64,000 bases of DNA from positions 83,452,001-83,516,000 of the forward strand of contig OX597823.1 in the NCBI GenBank assembly GCA_951406725.2, read 5' to 3'. Every line of letters starts with the position of its first letter. Positions within the stretch are counted from its first letter, which is position 1. Both the position numbers and the translations under genes were made by a program. The DNA is from Octopus vulgaris. Its lineage: Eukaryota. Positions 37,677 through 51,229 of this stretch are shown piece after piece. Under the pieces are notes generated by a model, which had not been told where the DNA came from, did no database searches, and was given only the letters and a program-made list of their open reading frames with translations.

Positions 37677-38240
37677 AGTGTTGTTGATTCACTAAAGAAG
37701 TATTTAAAAAACTTTATACGTGCAGTGTATAAACAAATGTTTATATCAGCCTGCACTTTCAGTTAAAAGTCAGGCAGTATTCATGAATCCTACTCATTTA
37801 CACAACCCCCACCTATTTTTATTAATTATTCTTGTTTTCCTGCTCCGTATCCTATTGCTTTGTTTCCTACTCTCGTCACAGACTCACTTCATTTGACAGA
37901 GTAAGGTTATTTTAATGTACGTACGTACGTATGTATGTAATCTGATAATTTGATTGGCTGAAAGAAATGTTTATAGTATTCAGAAAAATTCAACAGGAGT
38001 TAATCGTATTCCACTCAAGAAGCGCCCACGCAAACGATAAAGAGATACAATGTTTATAGTTTAAACGTATTTTCAAAAATAGTTTGTCAGGATTAAAATA
38101 TGATTAGGACATGGCGTTATGCATGAAGCAGAAACATTATTTATGGTATCCAGGATTCATGCTAGAAGTTTTGAGACTTGTTTATTTTTAAATGAAAGAC
38201 AGCTGTTGCTATCCTAAGTTAATGGAATTTTAGTATATCA

Positions 38241-38631
38241 CTTGTAGTATTGCCCGGCGTTGCTCGGGTTTGTTTCGACCCTTTAAAATTGGAATTTTTG
38301 AAAAGTAAAAATTTTGCATTACGTAGCTTGTTTAAGCTTCTTTAAGTGAACATTTTTCTGTTTGAAATACACCGAAAAATGGCGACACAGCAGTCAAAAA
38401 ATCGTAAAAACTAGGGATTTTCATAGAAAAAAAAGCACCTTTTTGATGTAAATAATTTTTTGTGTTAACATGGTCCGATTTGAATTTTTTCTTCTATGGA
38501 AGGAAGAGCAAGCCTTCTTCTATCATACTCTCAATTTTGGTCAACTTGCGCCGCAGGGTCTCGGAGGAGATAGTTTTAGTTGAAGGCTACCAAACCTGCC
38601 ATACAGACAACTTCAGCTTTATATATAGAGA
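38241..38631 (-). mobile_element. Non-autonomous Helitron-like element
   Basis: Near-identical to 5138-5513. Confidence 0.8.
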
Positions 38632-38799
38632 AATTACTGTACATTTAATAGGATAGGCTGTCAACTTTTGTTATCATATATTGAAGGAAATACCTATAAC
38701 AGCAATTTGAACGCGTCTATTGCTCACTGCTTGTCACAACTGACTAGTTTGCAGAATGCAGTCGGGATGTGAAGACAATTTGGATGCTTGGTATGCAAT

Positions 38800-39197
38800 A
38801 AAGTTTCGTGTTAAATTGGCGGGGAAAAACGCTATAAAAATTTATGAAAAACTCCAGACCAAGCACTTGTTCCGTCGCTGCTTTGAGGTGACGGAGAGCA
38901 CAAACCTCATCTTTTGAGAGTTCTGGAAGGACCACTATAACATCGTGATATGCCTCAGAATTATCGATATGGCCTATCAGGGTGTCACGTAGAGGACCTT
39001 GACTTCTGCGTGGAAGAAGCCGTGGGCTGAAGTTGTGTCTGAAATGGACTTTGAAAGAATCGAACCCGAAGTGCAATGGTGGAGGAGATTGTATCCCTCG
39101 GCAAGTCCATGGGCTTGGATGTGGATGAAGGTGACATCAGTGAGCTCATCGAGGAGTACTCCGAGGAACTGATAGAGAAGAGCTAAAGGAGCTACAG
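38800..39197 (+). pseudogene. Adjacent mariner-like N-terminal and Tigger/pogo C-terminal transposase remnants
   Basis: YAIKFRVKLAGKNAIKIYEKLQT (mariner HTH start), then EFWKDHYNIVICLRIIDMAYQGVT*RTLTSAWKK...VEEIVSLGKSMGLDVDEGDISELIEE (Tigger/TIGD1-like), with stops and frameshifts. Confidence 0.7.
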
Positions 39198-39198
39198 A

Positions 39199-39619
39199 GG
39201 ATCTTTTCGGTTAGAACGGCAGTTTTTAACATAACTTCTAGGTAACTAAACACTTTTAAACTTCGTATACTGGTAGAATGTGTTTATAAAACATCTTTTT
39301 CTCTTGGCTTTATTGAGAAAATTCTATAATTTGTAAGATATTTGTTGTCTTTTTTTCTTCAATTTCTGCAATTTCAACCAATCACTGACGTCCATTGAGG
39401 TAAAAAAAAACATTCTGTGCCGTATGAATATGCCCCTTGTTTACGAAATAGATTGGGTTTATTTACATTTGTAAAGAAAAAAGATACCCATCTCCCCACC
39501 CCTAACCCTAACCCTAAAACAGATTGAAATGCAATAGATCGATACTAGGGTCATAATTATGGGTGACAATTTCATATGATACCGCTAGAAAAAACTTGCT
39601 GTTCAAACCAGAAAGATCC
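39199..39619. mobile_element. GG-terminal MITE carrying CCCTAA repeats
   Basis: GGATCTTTTCGGTTAGAACGGCAG ... GTTCAAACCAGAAAGATCC. Confidence 0.8.
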
Positions 39620-40085
39620 CCGAAATGATTAACTGACAAAAATATATAATGAAGGAGGGGAGACAACTGTTGTATTTCTTATCTTCAGCCATTGGTGGTG
39701 ACAACTCGAGGCATGCTTTTGATTTCTTTTTTTTTTTAATCTTTTTCTTGTTTTAGTCATTGGATTACGGCCATGCTGGGGCATTGCCTTGAAGGGTTTT
39801 AGTTGAATACATCGACCCCCATAACTAATGCAAAACCGCTTAAGCATCACCGGTTGTGAAGCGGTTGAGAGAGAGTGTGAGTGGTGAAGGCAAACGCAGT
39901 CATACATCTACACACCAAACGCAAAAATGCGAGAAAAAAACAAAAAGAACTGCTGAGAAAGTCATGTGACGGGATATCAGCTGACATAACGAGAGTCAAT
40001 TGCCATACTTAAAACGAAAGCATGCCCGACCGCATGAAATCTGCTAAAATTAATTACCTAAGGACTAGGTATAGAAAGGGGGGGG

Positions 40086-40565
40086 GGATTTTTCGGTTTG
40101 AACGGCAGTTTTTAACATAATTTCTAGGTAACTAAAAAATTTTAAACTTCGTATACTGGTAGAATGTGTTTATAAAAGTGGCAGTTTTTCTAGCGGTGTC
40201 ATATGAAATTGTCACCCATAATTATGACCCTAGTATCGATTTATTGCATTTCAATCTGTTTTAGGGTTAGGGTTAGGGGTGAGGGAAGGGTATCTTTTTT
40301 CCTTCACAAATGTAAATAAACCCAATTTGTTTCTTAAAGGAGGGACATATTCATACGGCACAGAATGCTTTCAAATCAATAGACGGTCAGTGATTGGTTA
40401 AAATTGCCGAAATACAAGAAATTAAAAACGAAATATGTTACAAAATTTTCTCAAGAAAGCCAAGAGAAAATGTTTTATAAACACATTCTACTAGTATACG
40501 AAGTTAAAATTTTTTTAGTTACCTAGAAATTATGTTAAAAACTGCCGTTCAAACCGAAAAAATCC
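40086..40565. mobile_element. GG-terminal MITE of the same family, body in opposite orientation
   Basis: TIR GGATTTTTCGGTTTGAACGGCAG, GAAAGGGG on both flanks. Confidence 0.8.
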
Positions 40566-40649
40566 GAAAGGGGAGTCTGTGCTGTCCGAAGGAGCCTTTG
40601 AATTTTCCACCCCTCCTTAGGGCAGTACAGTCTATGCATACTTATACAA

Positions 40650-40777
40650 TACGAGGGATGTATGAAAAGTCTTGAGCCTTAAAAAAAACAAAAAAAAAAA
40701 TATAACAAAGCATGGTACAAGACTTCTGACGAAGGTACAAGACTTGAAGGCTCAAAACGTTTCATACACCCCTCGTA
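40650..40777. mobile_element. Tiny mariner-type MITE
   Basis: TA-CGAGGGATGTATGAAA ... TTTCATACACCCCTCG-TA. Confidence 0.65.
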
Positions 40778-41589
40778 TCTTTGCTTCGTACCTTTTGTAT
40801 CTTTCATTAAAATATCTTACATAGACTGGTGTTACGCAGTAGATTTAGGAAAAAGAGCTACTGTGAGTTAAGTGGTTTGAATCCCTTCAGGGTATTTTTT
40901 TCCAGATGTTTATTTTCATACTGACCTCGAAAGGCTGAAATACAGAGTAATCCACGGTTGGATTTGAACCTAGGAAGTAAACAATACGAATTCTATCACT
41001 TTCCTACACTTGCTGCTGTGGCCAAAGAAGTCAATCTATAAAACCCTTGACTCAGGTAGGTCGTAGGTGAATAACAAGAGACATAACCTCATCCTTCTGC
41101 TATTCCTGGCCATCAGCTAAGCTTACTTTTTTCACCATCTGTCCTCTCTGCCAAGTCGTCAACTATATTCAAGTACTTTACTTCTCCTTGTCATCCTGTT
41201 CAGTAGCGTAGCCAGCGGAGCAGGGCCCGCTCCTAGTGAAGATTTTATGGGTCAACCATATAAGCCTGTATAAACTTGACTTTCAAACGTTTTGGCATGG
41301 CTGTGTGGGCGCCGGTGATTTATATGACATGAAAGGTTTTAATGTTTCCCGTCTGCTCCCTCGCAATCTTCTTTTATGTGTATACGGGGAAAAAGAAAGT
41401 GGTTATGTCAATCATGTACAGGCGTGGTTGCGTGGGAAGAAGCCTGCTTCTCAACCACATGGTTCCAGGTTCAGTTATATTGCGTGACAACTTGGGCAAG
41501 TGTCTTCTACTATAGTATTGGGCCGCCCAAAGCCTTGTGAGTGGATTTGGTAGACGAAAACTGAAAGAAGGTCACCCCCACACACGTGT

Positions 41590-44500
41590 GTCCACTAGAT
41601 AAACTGTCTACAGGTGCAAATTCAATCTACTGTCCACTAGCGCAAATTAGATCAATTGTCCACGAGCGCAAATTCGATCAACTGTCCAATATGCAAATTA
41701 GATCAACTGTCCACTAGCGCAAATTCGATCAACTGCCTACGAGCGCAAATTCAATCTACTGTCCACTAGCGCAAATTGGATCAATTGTCCACGAGCGCAA
41801 ATTCGATCAACTGTCCAATATGCAAATTAGATCAACTGTCCACTAGCGCAAATTCGATCAACTGCCTACGAGCGCAAATTCAATCAACTGTCCAATATGC
41901 AAATTCGATCAACTGTCCACTAGCGCAAATTCGATCAACTGCCCACAACTTTTCAATAGTGAAAATTCGATGAACTGCCCACAAGCACAAATTGGATGAA
42001 CTGTCCAATAGTGAAAATTCGATCAACTGTCCACTTGCGAAAATTCGATCAACTGTCCACTAGTGAAGATTCGATCAATTGTCCACTATCGAAAATTTGA
42101 TCAACTGTCCACTTGTGCAAATTCGATCAACTGTCCACTTGTGTAAATTCGATTATCTGTTAACTAGCAAAAATTCGATCAACTGTCCACTTGCGAAAAT
42201 TCGATCAACTGTCCATTTGTGAAAATTCGATCAATTGACCACTATTAAAAATTCGATCAACTGTCCACATGTGCATATTCGATCAACTGTCAGTTTGTGC
42301 AAATTCGATCAACTGTCCACTAGTGCAAAGTCGATCAACTGTCCACTGGCAAAAATTCGATCAAATGTCCACTTGCAAAAATTCGATCAACTGTCCACTT
42401 GTGCAAATTCGACCAACTGTCCACTTGTGCAAATTCGATCAACTGTCCACTTGTGCAGATTCGATCATCTGTTCACTAGCAAAAATTCGATCAACTGTCC
42501 ACTGGCGAAAATTAGATCAACTGACCATTTGTGAAAATTCGATCAATTGTCCACAAGCCAAAATTCGATCAACTGTCCACTGGTGCAAATTCGATCAATT
42601 GACCACTATAAAAAATTCGATCAACTGTCCACCTGTGCATATTCGATCAACTGTCAGTTTATGCAAATTCGATCAACTGTCCACTAGTGCAAAGTCGATC
42701 AACTGTCCACTGGCAAAAATTCGATCAACTGTCAACTTGCAAAAATTCGATCAACTGTCCACTAGTGCAAATTCGATCAACTGTACACTTGTGCAAATTC
42801 GATCAACTGTCCACTTGTGCAAATTCGATTAACTGTCCACTTGTGCAAAATTCGATCAACTGTCAACTATTAAAAATTCGATCAACTGTCCACCTGTGCA
42901 TATTCGATCAACTGTCCATTTGTTAAAATTCGATCAACTGTCCACTAGTGCAAATTCGATCAACTCTCCACTGGCAAAAATTCGATCAACTGTCCACTTC
43001 TGCAAATTCGATCAACTGTCCACTAGCGAAAATTCGATCAACTGTCCACTATAAAAAATTCGATCAACTGTCCACTTGTGCAAATTCGATCAACTGTCCA
43101 CTACTGAAAATTCGATCAACTGTCCACTAGCGAAAATTCGATCACTTCTGCAAATTCGATCAACTGTCCACTTGTGCAAATTCGATCAACTGTCCACTAG
43201 CGAAAATTCGATCAACTGTCCACTATTAAAAATTCGATCAACTGTCCACTAGTGGAAATTCGATCAACTCTCCACTGGCAAAAATTCGATCAACTGTCCA
43301 CTTGTGCAAATTCGATCAACTGTCCAATAGTGAAGATTCGATCAATTGTCCACTTGTGTAAATTCGATCAACTGTCCACTACTGAAAATTCGATCAACTG
43401 TCCACTTCTGCAAATTCGATCAACTGTCCACTTCTGCAAATTCGATCAACTGTCCATAAGTAAAAATTCGATCAACTGTCCATTTGTTAAACTTCGATCA
43501 ACTGTCCACTAGCGAAAATTCGATCAACTGTCCACTTGCGCAAATTCGATCAACTGTCCACTTGTGCAATTTCGATCAACTGTCCACAAGCGAAAATTCG
43601 ATCAACTGTCCACTACTGAAAATTCGATCAACTGTCCACTTGTGCAAATTCGATCAACTGTCCATTTGTTAAACTTCGATCAACTGTCCACTAGCGAAAA
43701 TACGACCAACTGTCCACTTGTGCAAATTCGATCAACTGTCCCCTAGCGAAAATTCGATCAACTGTTCACAAGCGAAAATTCGATCAACTGTCCACTTGTG
43801 CAAATTCGATCAACTGTCCACTAGCAAAAATTCGATCAACTGTCCATTTGTTAAACTTCGCTCAACTGTCCACTAGTGCAAATTCGATCAACTGTCCACT
43901 TTCAAAAATCCGATCAACTGTCCATTTATTAAAATCCGATCAACTGTCCATTTATTAAAATTCGATCAACTGTCCACTAGTGCAAATTCGATCAACTCTC
44001 CACTGGCAAAAATTCGATCAACTGTCCACTTGTGCAAATTCAATCAACTGTCCACTTGTGAAAATCCGATGAACTCTCCACTTGCGCAAATTCGTTCAAC
44101 TGTCCACTACTGAAAATTCGATCAACTGTCCACTAGCGAAAAATTCGATCAACTGTCTGTTTGTTAAACTGCGATCAACTGTCCACTAGCGAAAATTCGA
44201 TCAACTGTCCACTTATGCAAATTCGATCAATTGTCCACTTGTGCAGATTCGATCAACTGTCCACTAGCGAAAATTCGATCAACTGTCCACTATCAAAAAT
44301 TCGATCAACTGTCCACTAGCGAAAATTCGATCAACTGTCCACTTGTGCAAATTCGATCATCAACTGTCCACTTGCGCAAATTCGATCAACTGTCCACTAC
44401 CGAAAATTCGATCAACTGTTCACAAGCGAAAATTCGATCAACTGTCCACTAGCGAAAATTCGATCAACTGTCCATTTGTTAAACTTCGATCAACTGTCCA

Positions 44501-44995
44501 CTAGCGAAAATTCGATCAACTGTCCACTTGTGCAAATTCGATCAACTGTCCAATAGCGAAAATTCGATCAACTGTCCACTTGTGCAAATTCGATCAACTG
44601 TTCACTTGTGTATATTCGATCAACTGTCCACTAGCCAAAATTGGATCAACTGTCCACTTGCCAAAATTCGATCAACTCTGTACTAGCGCATATTCGATCA
44701 AATATCCACTAGCGTAAATTCGATCAACTGTCCACAAGCCCAAATTCGATTAAGTTTCCAGTTGTGCAAATTCGATCAACTGTCCACTAGTGCAAATTCG
44801 ATCGTCCGCTAGCGAAAATTCGATCAGCTGTCCACTAGCGAAAATTCGATCAACTATCCATTTGTGAAAATTCTATCAACTGTCCATCTTGTGCAAAATC
44901 GATCAAATGTCCTCTGACGCAAATTCAATCTACTGTCCACTAGCGCAAATTCACTCAACGGTCCACTCGCTCACATTCGATCTATTGACCACTAG
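41590..44995. repeat. 26-bp tandem satellite, ~130 units
   Basis: Constant AAATTCGATCAACTGTCCAC plus ~6 variable nt (TTGTGC, TAGCGA, TAGTGC, TACTGA, TATTAA, TGGCAA). Confidence 0.97.
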
Positions 44996-45039
44996 ATGAT
45001 GATGATGATGATGATGGATTTCTACTATAGGTACAAGGC

Positions 45040-45303
45040 CTGAAATTTTCCTAGCTAGCCCGCAGCTGTTCGTCTGTCACGAATCCTGCCCTACAAGAGC
45101 ACTCATAGAGGGCAAACTTCCGCCAAGGCAACACCAACGTTCACTCAACGATTAGCCAGAGATGATTATTAGAATGCGCACGAGGCCAACCTTTCCTGAA
45201 AATTTCATCCGAATCCATCCAGCGGTTCTTGAGATATCTTGTCCACGGACAAGCAAACAAACATACACGACTGAAAAACAATACCGTCGCCTTGGCGGAG
45301 GTA
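45040..45303 (-). mobile_element. Helentron-associated (HINE-like) element
   Basis: Terminal GCCTTGGCGGAGGTAA with an internal inverted copy CTTCCGCCAAGGC. Body related to 25859-25960. Confidence 0.55.
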
Positions 45304-45569
45304 AAAATTGCATTTTGATTTATCGAAATCCTCGTTAAATCGTTTTCGATTAATCCGGATACTGGATAAACCGAACGAAATCCAAGTTAAGAAGCGATTA
45401 ACAGACAATTTCGACTTGCGCCGCCAGTTTCACCCTCGTAAAATGATTTACAACAAAATGGAAAAGAAGAGCGCAGTCACGAAAGAGCTGGAAGTACATC
45501 GTGATCAGTGGTGTATAACAACATCAGATAATCTTGTAGATTTCGGCGATACAGTTAATCCCCTACTCT

Positions 45570-45965
45570 CTCTTTTACTCTTTTACTTGTTTCAGTCATT
45601 TGACTGTGGCCATGCTGGAGCACCGCCTTTAGTCGAACATATCGACACCAGGACTTATTTTTTGTAAGCCTAGTACTTATTCTATCGGTTTCTTTTGCCG
45701 AACCGCTAAGTTACAGAGACGTAAACACACCAGCTTCGGTTGCCAAGCGATGTTGGTGGTGGTGGGGGGGGGGCAAACACACATACATATATATACATAT
45801 ATACGACGGGCTTCTTTCATTATCCGTCTACCAAATCCACTTACAAGGCTTTGGTCGGCCCGAGTTTATAGTAGAAGACATTTGCCCAAGGTGTCACGCA
45901 GTGGGTCTGAACCCGGAACCATGTGGTTGGTAAGCAAGCTACTTACCACACAGCCACTTCTGCGC
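45570..45965 (-). mobile_element. Full-length CORE-like SINE
   Basis: Same family as 7572-7985. Confidence 0.85.
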
Positions 45966-46725
45966 CATATTTCATACACCTCCGACGGAGGTGTATGAAA
46001 TATGGCTCAGATTTTTTTTAGAACGACGATTTATTCCTCTTTTAACAACATGACTTTCGATCCATCTGAATTGTTGAGCAAGCTGTGACATGTCTACTTC
46101 ACAATTTCCCTTTCAAATTAATTACGTTCGAATTCCAATTAATTTAGTAGTTTTAATCAATTTAGTATTTTTAATTAATTTAGTTTTGTTGCCAATCAAG
46201 TTAATATCGTTCATAAGAAGTATTAATCCGCAAAACATGATTATAACTAATTTTTTTTTATTAATTACTATCAGATTTCAATTAACTTCGCATCGTTCAT
46301 TGAATTAATTAAATTCCATTTTCAATCAAGTTACGCATAAAAAAAAAAACAACAAAAAACAAAAAAGCAGCAGTTATAGTAATTAGTACACTATGGATTT
46401 TTAAATGATGTCAAATTGGATTTAATAGTTTAATTCAAATTAACACGCACAATTAAAAAAAAAGTATAAGACTCATTCCATTGTAGTTACGACAATTATT
46501 CTCACAATCATAAATCGTAGGTTCGATTGAGGCCCTAAGCACTTGAAAAACTCCCGTGCCTCCATATATATATGTAATTTAAAATATGAACCATAAAATA
46601 ATTTTCTATTTTTCAAATTGAAACAAAACTAGCTGTAAGATAGACGATAGTATATTTTTGTATATTTCCACTTTATTCATATTTGAGAAATTTTCTTCTA
46701 CTTTTTAAATTGTAAAGTCTTTTAA

Positions 46726-46767
<42 letters not shown>

Positions 46768-46869
46768 TGCGTGTATGTGTATGTGTGTGTGTTAATGCCT
46801 TAGGGCTGAAACCTATAAAAGAATAAAATATATGTGTATGTGTGTACGTCTATCGGTCTGTCTGTTTGT

Positions 46870-46944
<75 letters not shown>

Positions 46945-49177
46945 CCTACCTACCTACCTACCTACCTACCTACCTACCTACCTACCTACCTACCTATCTA
47001 TCTATCTATCTATCTATCTAGCAAATAAATGTGTTAACATGTAATATTATGACAGAGGTTACCATGGTCTTTTCTGTAGGCTTTTCTTTCCACGGGTAAA
47101 CCTTATCTGTTTTCCCCTTTGCACTTTACATCATGACGTTTCTGTGATACACGGATCCCTATTGAGCATTTTTTTTTACGATCCCTTTTGATCGAAAACC
47201 TACCCCCACTTTTTTTTTCTCCTCCCCAAAAAGAAAAGCTCTACTTTGTAATTTGTCCCCTCTGTGTTCATCCCTGTGTGACTAATAAAGAAACGTATCT
47301 ATCTGGTGCTGTCGTCTCTCATCGTTTCTTCTACTGGGTCAAGGGAGGGAGGGCTGAGAGGGCCGAGAACACAGAAACGGTGTTTGTATTTGGTCACAAC
47401 TACAGAGACACCAAAAGCTGTTTGAGAATGCACATTGGATGGTATTAGGACAGCTCCCCGCCTCAGTGATGGCCATAATATTACGGCTGGAAAGCAACAT
47501 GGTATGTTTTTGTTATCTCCCTTTTACCATATTAGAACCACCTATCAACTTTCAAGTTGGCTACATTGAAATAACGGCTTTATTTAATTAGATTAGATTA
47601 ATGTGGTTGTGCTTGTTGGTCTTGTATTGTAGCGACGGGGGATGTGTTGGCTACGTGGATGGTAACTGAAACAAACCTAACGAACCATTAACTTTAATAC
47701 TTATTACTGAGCATGATATTTTGTGCTGGCTGTTTACAATGAAAGATTCACTAGATGAAAAAGGGTGTTCAAAAATTCTCTACTTTGTAATTTGTCCCCT
47801 CTGTGTTCATCCCTGTGTGACTAAAAAGTCTTGTAAAGTCACAATGATTTTATTGGTGCAGTCGTCTCTCATCGTTTCTTCTACTGGGTCAAGGGAGGGG
47901 TGAGAGGGCCGAGAGCACAGAGACGGTGTTTGTATTTGGTCACAACTACAGAGACACCAAAAGCTGCTTGAGAATACACCTGGGATGGTAATAGGACAGC
48001 TCCCTCAGTGATGGCCATAATATTACGGCTGAAAAGCAACATGGTATGTTTTTACTTTGCCTCTCATCCTTTCGGGGTCGATAAATTAAGTACCAGTTAC
48101 GCACTGGGGTCGATGTAATCGACTTAATACCTATGTCTGTCCTTGTTTGTCCCCTCTGTGTTTAGCCCCTTGTGGGTAATCACTACAGTCCCAAACAACA
48201 ATATCCAGTCTGTTATGTTTGCAGTTGACAGAGGTTTTGATGGGAATGTTCTACCTATCAACTTTCAAGTGTTGTTGTTTACGTATGTGTTCAACGGCTT
48301 TATTTAATTCCAGTATTATGTATGTATGTATGTATGCATGCATGTATGGTATGTATGTAGCGACGGGGGATGTATGTTGTATGTGGATGGTAACTGAAAC
48401 AAACCTAACGAACCATTAACTTTAATACTTATTACTGAGCATGATATTTTGTGCTGGCTGTTTACAATGAAAGATGTTGATAATACAGTGTTCAAAAAGT
48501 CTCTCCACAATGATTTCTTTCATCCTGACTCTCCAAGAGTCAGACTCTCCAAGATATGTTTCAAAACATGCGTAGAAGTGTCAACTTGTGTTTTGCAAAC
48601 GAAGGACGATACTTTCAACACCTCATATAAAGTTTTAAAAGTCTTGTAAAGTCTAATACATTCTTTTGTAGCCTTATATCATCTTATAAGTATTCATTTT
48701 GCAATAATATACTTACTGCAGTGAGACTTTTTGAACACCCTTTATAATTGCCGATAGGGAGGAGAGAAAAACTGTCTCATAGGCAGCTACTTATGAGACA
48801 TCATGTGAATGTTCAGAATCTATTTTTTCGTAGTACTCGAAGTCGTCTGCACAAAAGTCCGAAACTATCTGCTTGCTGAGTTAGGGGCCAAACGGATTTT
48901 ATGAGGCGAAAAGAGCGTAGATTCTTGAACAGCCGAGGAGACATATCACGCCACAGCTTCACGTTGATCGGTGGATATGTAGATTAAGCACGTGAAACTG
49001 TGGTGGCTCACTCGTGATGCCTAACTGATTATCTTGAGGTCAGGGTTCGAATCGCTACAGCCCCAAACAACAATATCCAGTCTGTTGTTTGCAGTTGGCA
49101 GAGGTTTTGATGGGAATGTTCTACCAATATTCTTTGTGCTGATGTTTACATGTGTTCAAAATTTATATTTATTCCAG

Positions 49178-49720
49178 TATGTATGTATGTATGTATGTAT
49201 GTATGTATGTATGTATGTATGTATGTATGTATGTATGTATGTATGTATGTATGTATGTATGTATGTATGGATGGATGGATGGACGTATGTATGTAAGTAT
49301 GTATGATGTTTGCATGTATGTGTGTATGTATGTATGTATGTATGTATGTATGTATGTATGTATGTATGTATGTATGTATGTATGTATGTATGTATGTATG
49401 TATGTATGTGTGTGTGTGTGTGTATGTGTGAATGTATGTATGTATGTATGTATGTATGTATGTATGTATGGATTATGTATGTATGTATGTATGATGTTTG
49501 CATGTATGTGTGTATGTATGTATGTATGTATGTGTGTATGTATGTATGTATGTATGTATGTGTGTGTATGTGTGTATGTATGTATGTATGTATGTGTGTG
49601 TATGTATGTATGTATGTATGTATGTATGTATGTATGTATGTTGTTATGTATGTATGTATGTATGTATGTATGTATGTATGTATGTATGTATGTATGTATG
49701 TATGTATGTATGTATGATGT
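49178..49720. repeat. (TATG)n microsatellite
   Basis: Direct observation. Similar tracts at 55120-55260, 55463-55643 and 57258-57380; (TCTA)n(CCTA)n at 46870-47020. Confidence 0.95.
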
Positions 49721-51229
49721 TTGCATGGGGTACTTAAACCAGAATTCTGCCAAATGTGTTACTGTGTTGCTTCTTCTAATGTTTATACAAGGTTCACTGC
49801 TTGTTTTACGATATATCGTATCTATCAACTATTTAAAACTCGACCGAATTAATCGCACTTAGCTTCCTTTCCTAACACATACGAGAAACTAAGATATGGT
49901 GAGATAACTCATGAGACTAAAAGTTGTTTCCCTTTTTCGTTACCGCCTCGTCTCTTCTTGTTTAGATTTTTGATATTCGCATTTATTGTTTTCTATTGCT
50001 TAGAGGTAATTATTAACCAGAGTTCAACATTTACAGTTGGATATGGATATTGCATGATAAAAACCAAAAATATAATTTTTTTGTTAATAGGATAGACCTG
50101 TTTGTTTACTTGAAACACAAATAATATATTCTTTTCTACTCTAGGCATAAGGCCCGAAATTTTTTGGGAACTCCCGTATGCAACTGGTACTTAATTTATC
50201 GAACCCGAAAGGATGAAAGGCAAAGTCAACCTCAGCGGAATTTGAACTCAGGAAATACCACTAAGCATTTCGCCTGGCGTTCTGACGTTTCATATTACTT
50301 TATTGCCCACAAGGGGCTAAACATAGAGGGGACAAACAAGGACAAAGGGATTAAGTCGATTATATCGACCCCAGTGCGTAACTGGTACTTATTTAAAAGC
50401 CGGTTGCTTATGAAAACCGGCTGGTTTGTTTATGTCAGTGTAACTTTTCAGGCTGATAAAAGACACCGATAAAATAAATATCAGGCTTAAATTTAAGTAC
50501 TGGGATCGAATTTTTTCTACTAAAACCATTCTAGGCGTTGCTCCAGCATGGCTGCAGTTCATGACTGAAACAAGTAAGCGATAAAGGATAAAAGAGAGCT
50601 CTATACATTGTTGCCTTTATTAGGGGCAACGAAAGTCGCAAATGGTCTTATTCGCCATGCCCCATAGGCTTAAAAATGAGGCAAGCAAATTGGCCATGTT
50701 TGATAAAAATTTAGATGGTTCCCAACTTTTTAAACTTTTCCGAAACAGCGAATAAAGGCGAAATATATGGCTGAAAACTTCGTTTTGTCTTATTTATAAG
50801 TTAGTTGTGGAAGGTAACCTTAAAATTTCTTTCATGCTTTGGCAGGGTCTTGAATTTATTAGTTTGGGTAGATTCTTTAGCATGTCACCAAAAAGATGTC
50901 TCTTTTGAAGGGACATAACTCTTAGCAATAAATAACATAAGGGGAGAAAAAAGCGTTTCTTAACTGCTTTACAGGACTGTGATGATGAGAAGAAAGAAAA
51001 AAAAATATTTAAAAAAGGAACAAAATAGCAACAACACAACTAACAAAACCAAAGCAATTATGAATCTACAGTAACCCCTGGACTATCGCGGGTATTATAT
51101 TCCAAAAGTAGAAACAATACTGTACTGCATATTTTTTATATAATTATTTTTAATAATTTGTATATATTTATTTTATTATAAATGGAAAGCAACCCAGGGG
51201 AGGAATTGGCGTAAGCTTAAGTAATTCTT

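Noticed and set aside
41590-44995. CRISPR-like array or Cys/His-rich zinc-finger ORFs
   Set aside because: The variable part is only ~6 nt and recurrent, there are no cas genes and the context is eukaryotic. The ORFs are 26-aa periodic by-products of a 26-bp unit, with stops and no C2H2 spacing or TGEKP linkers.
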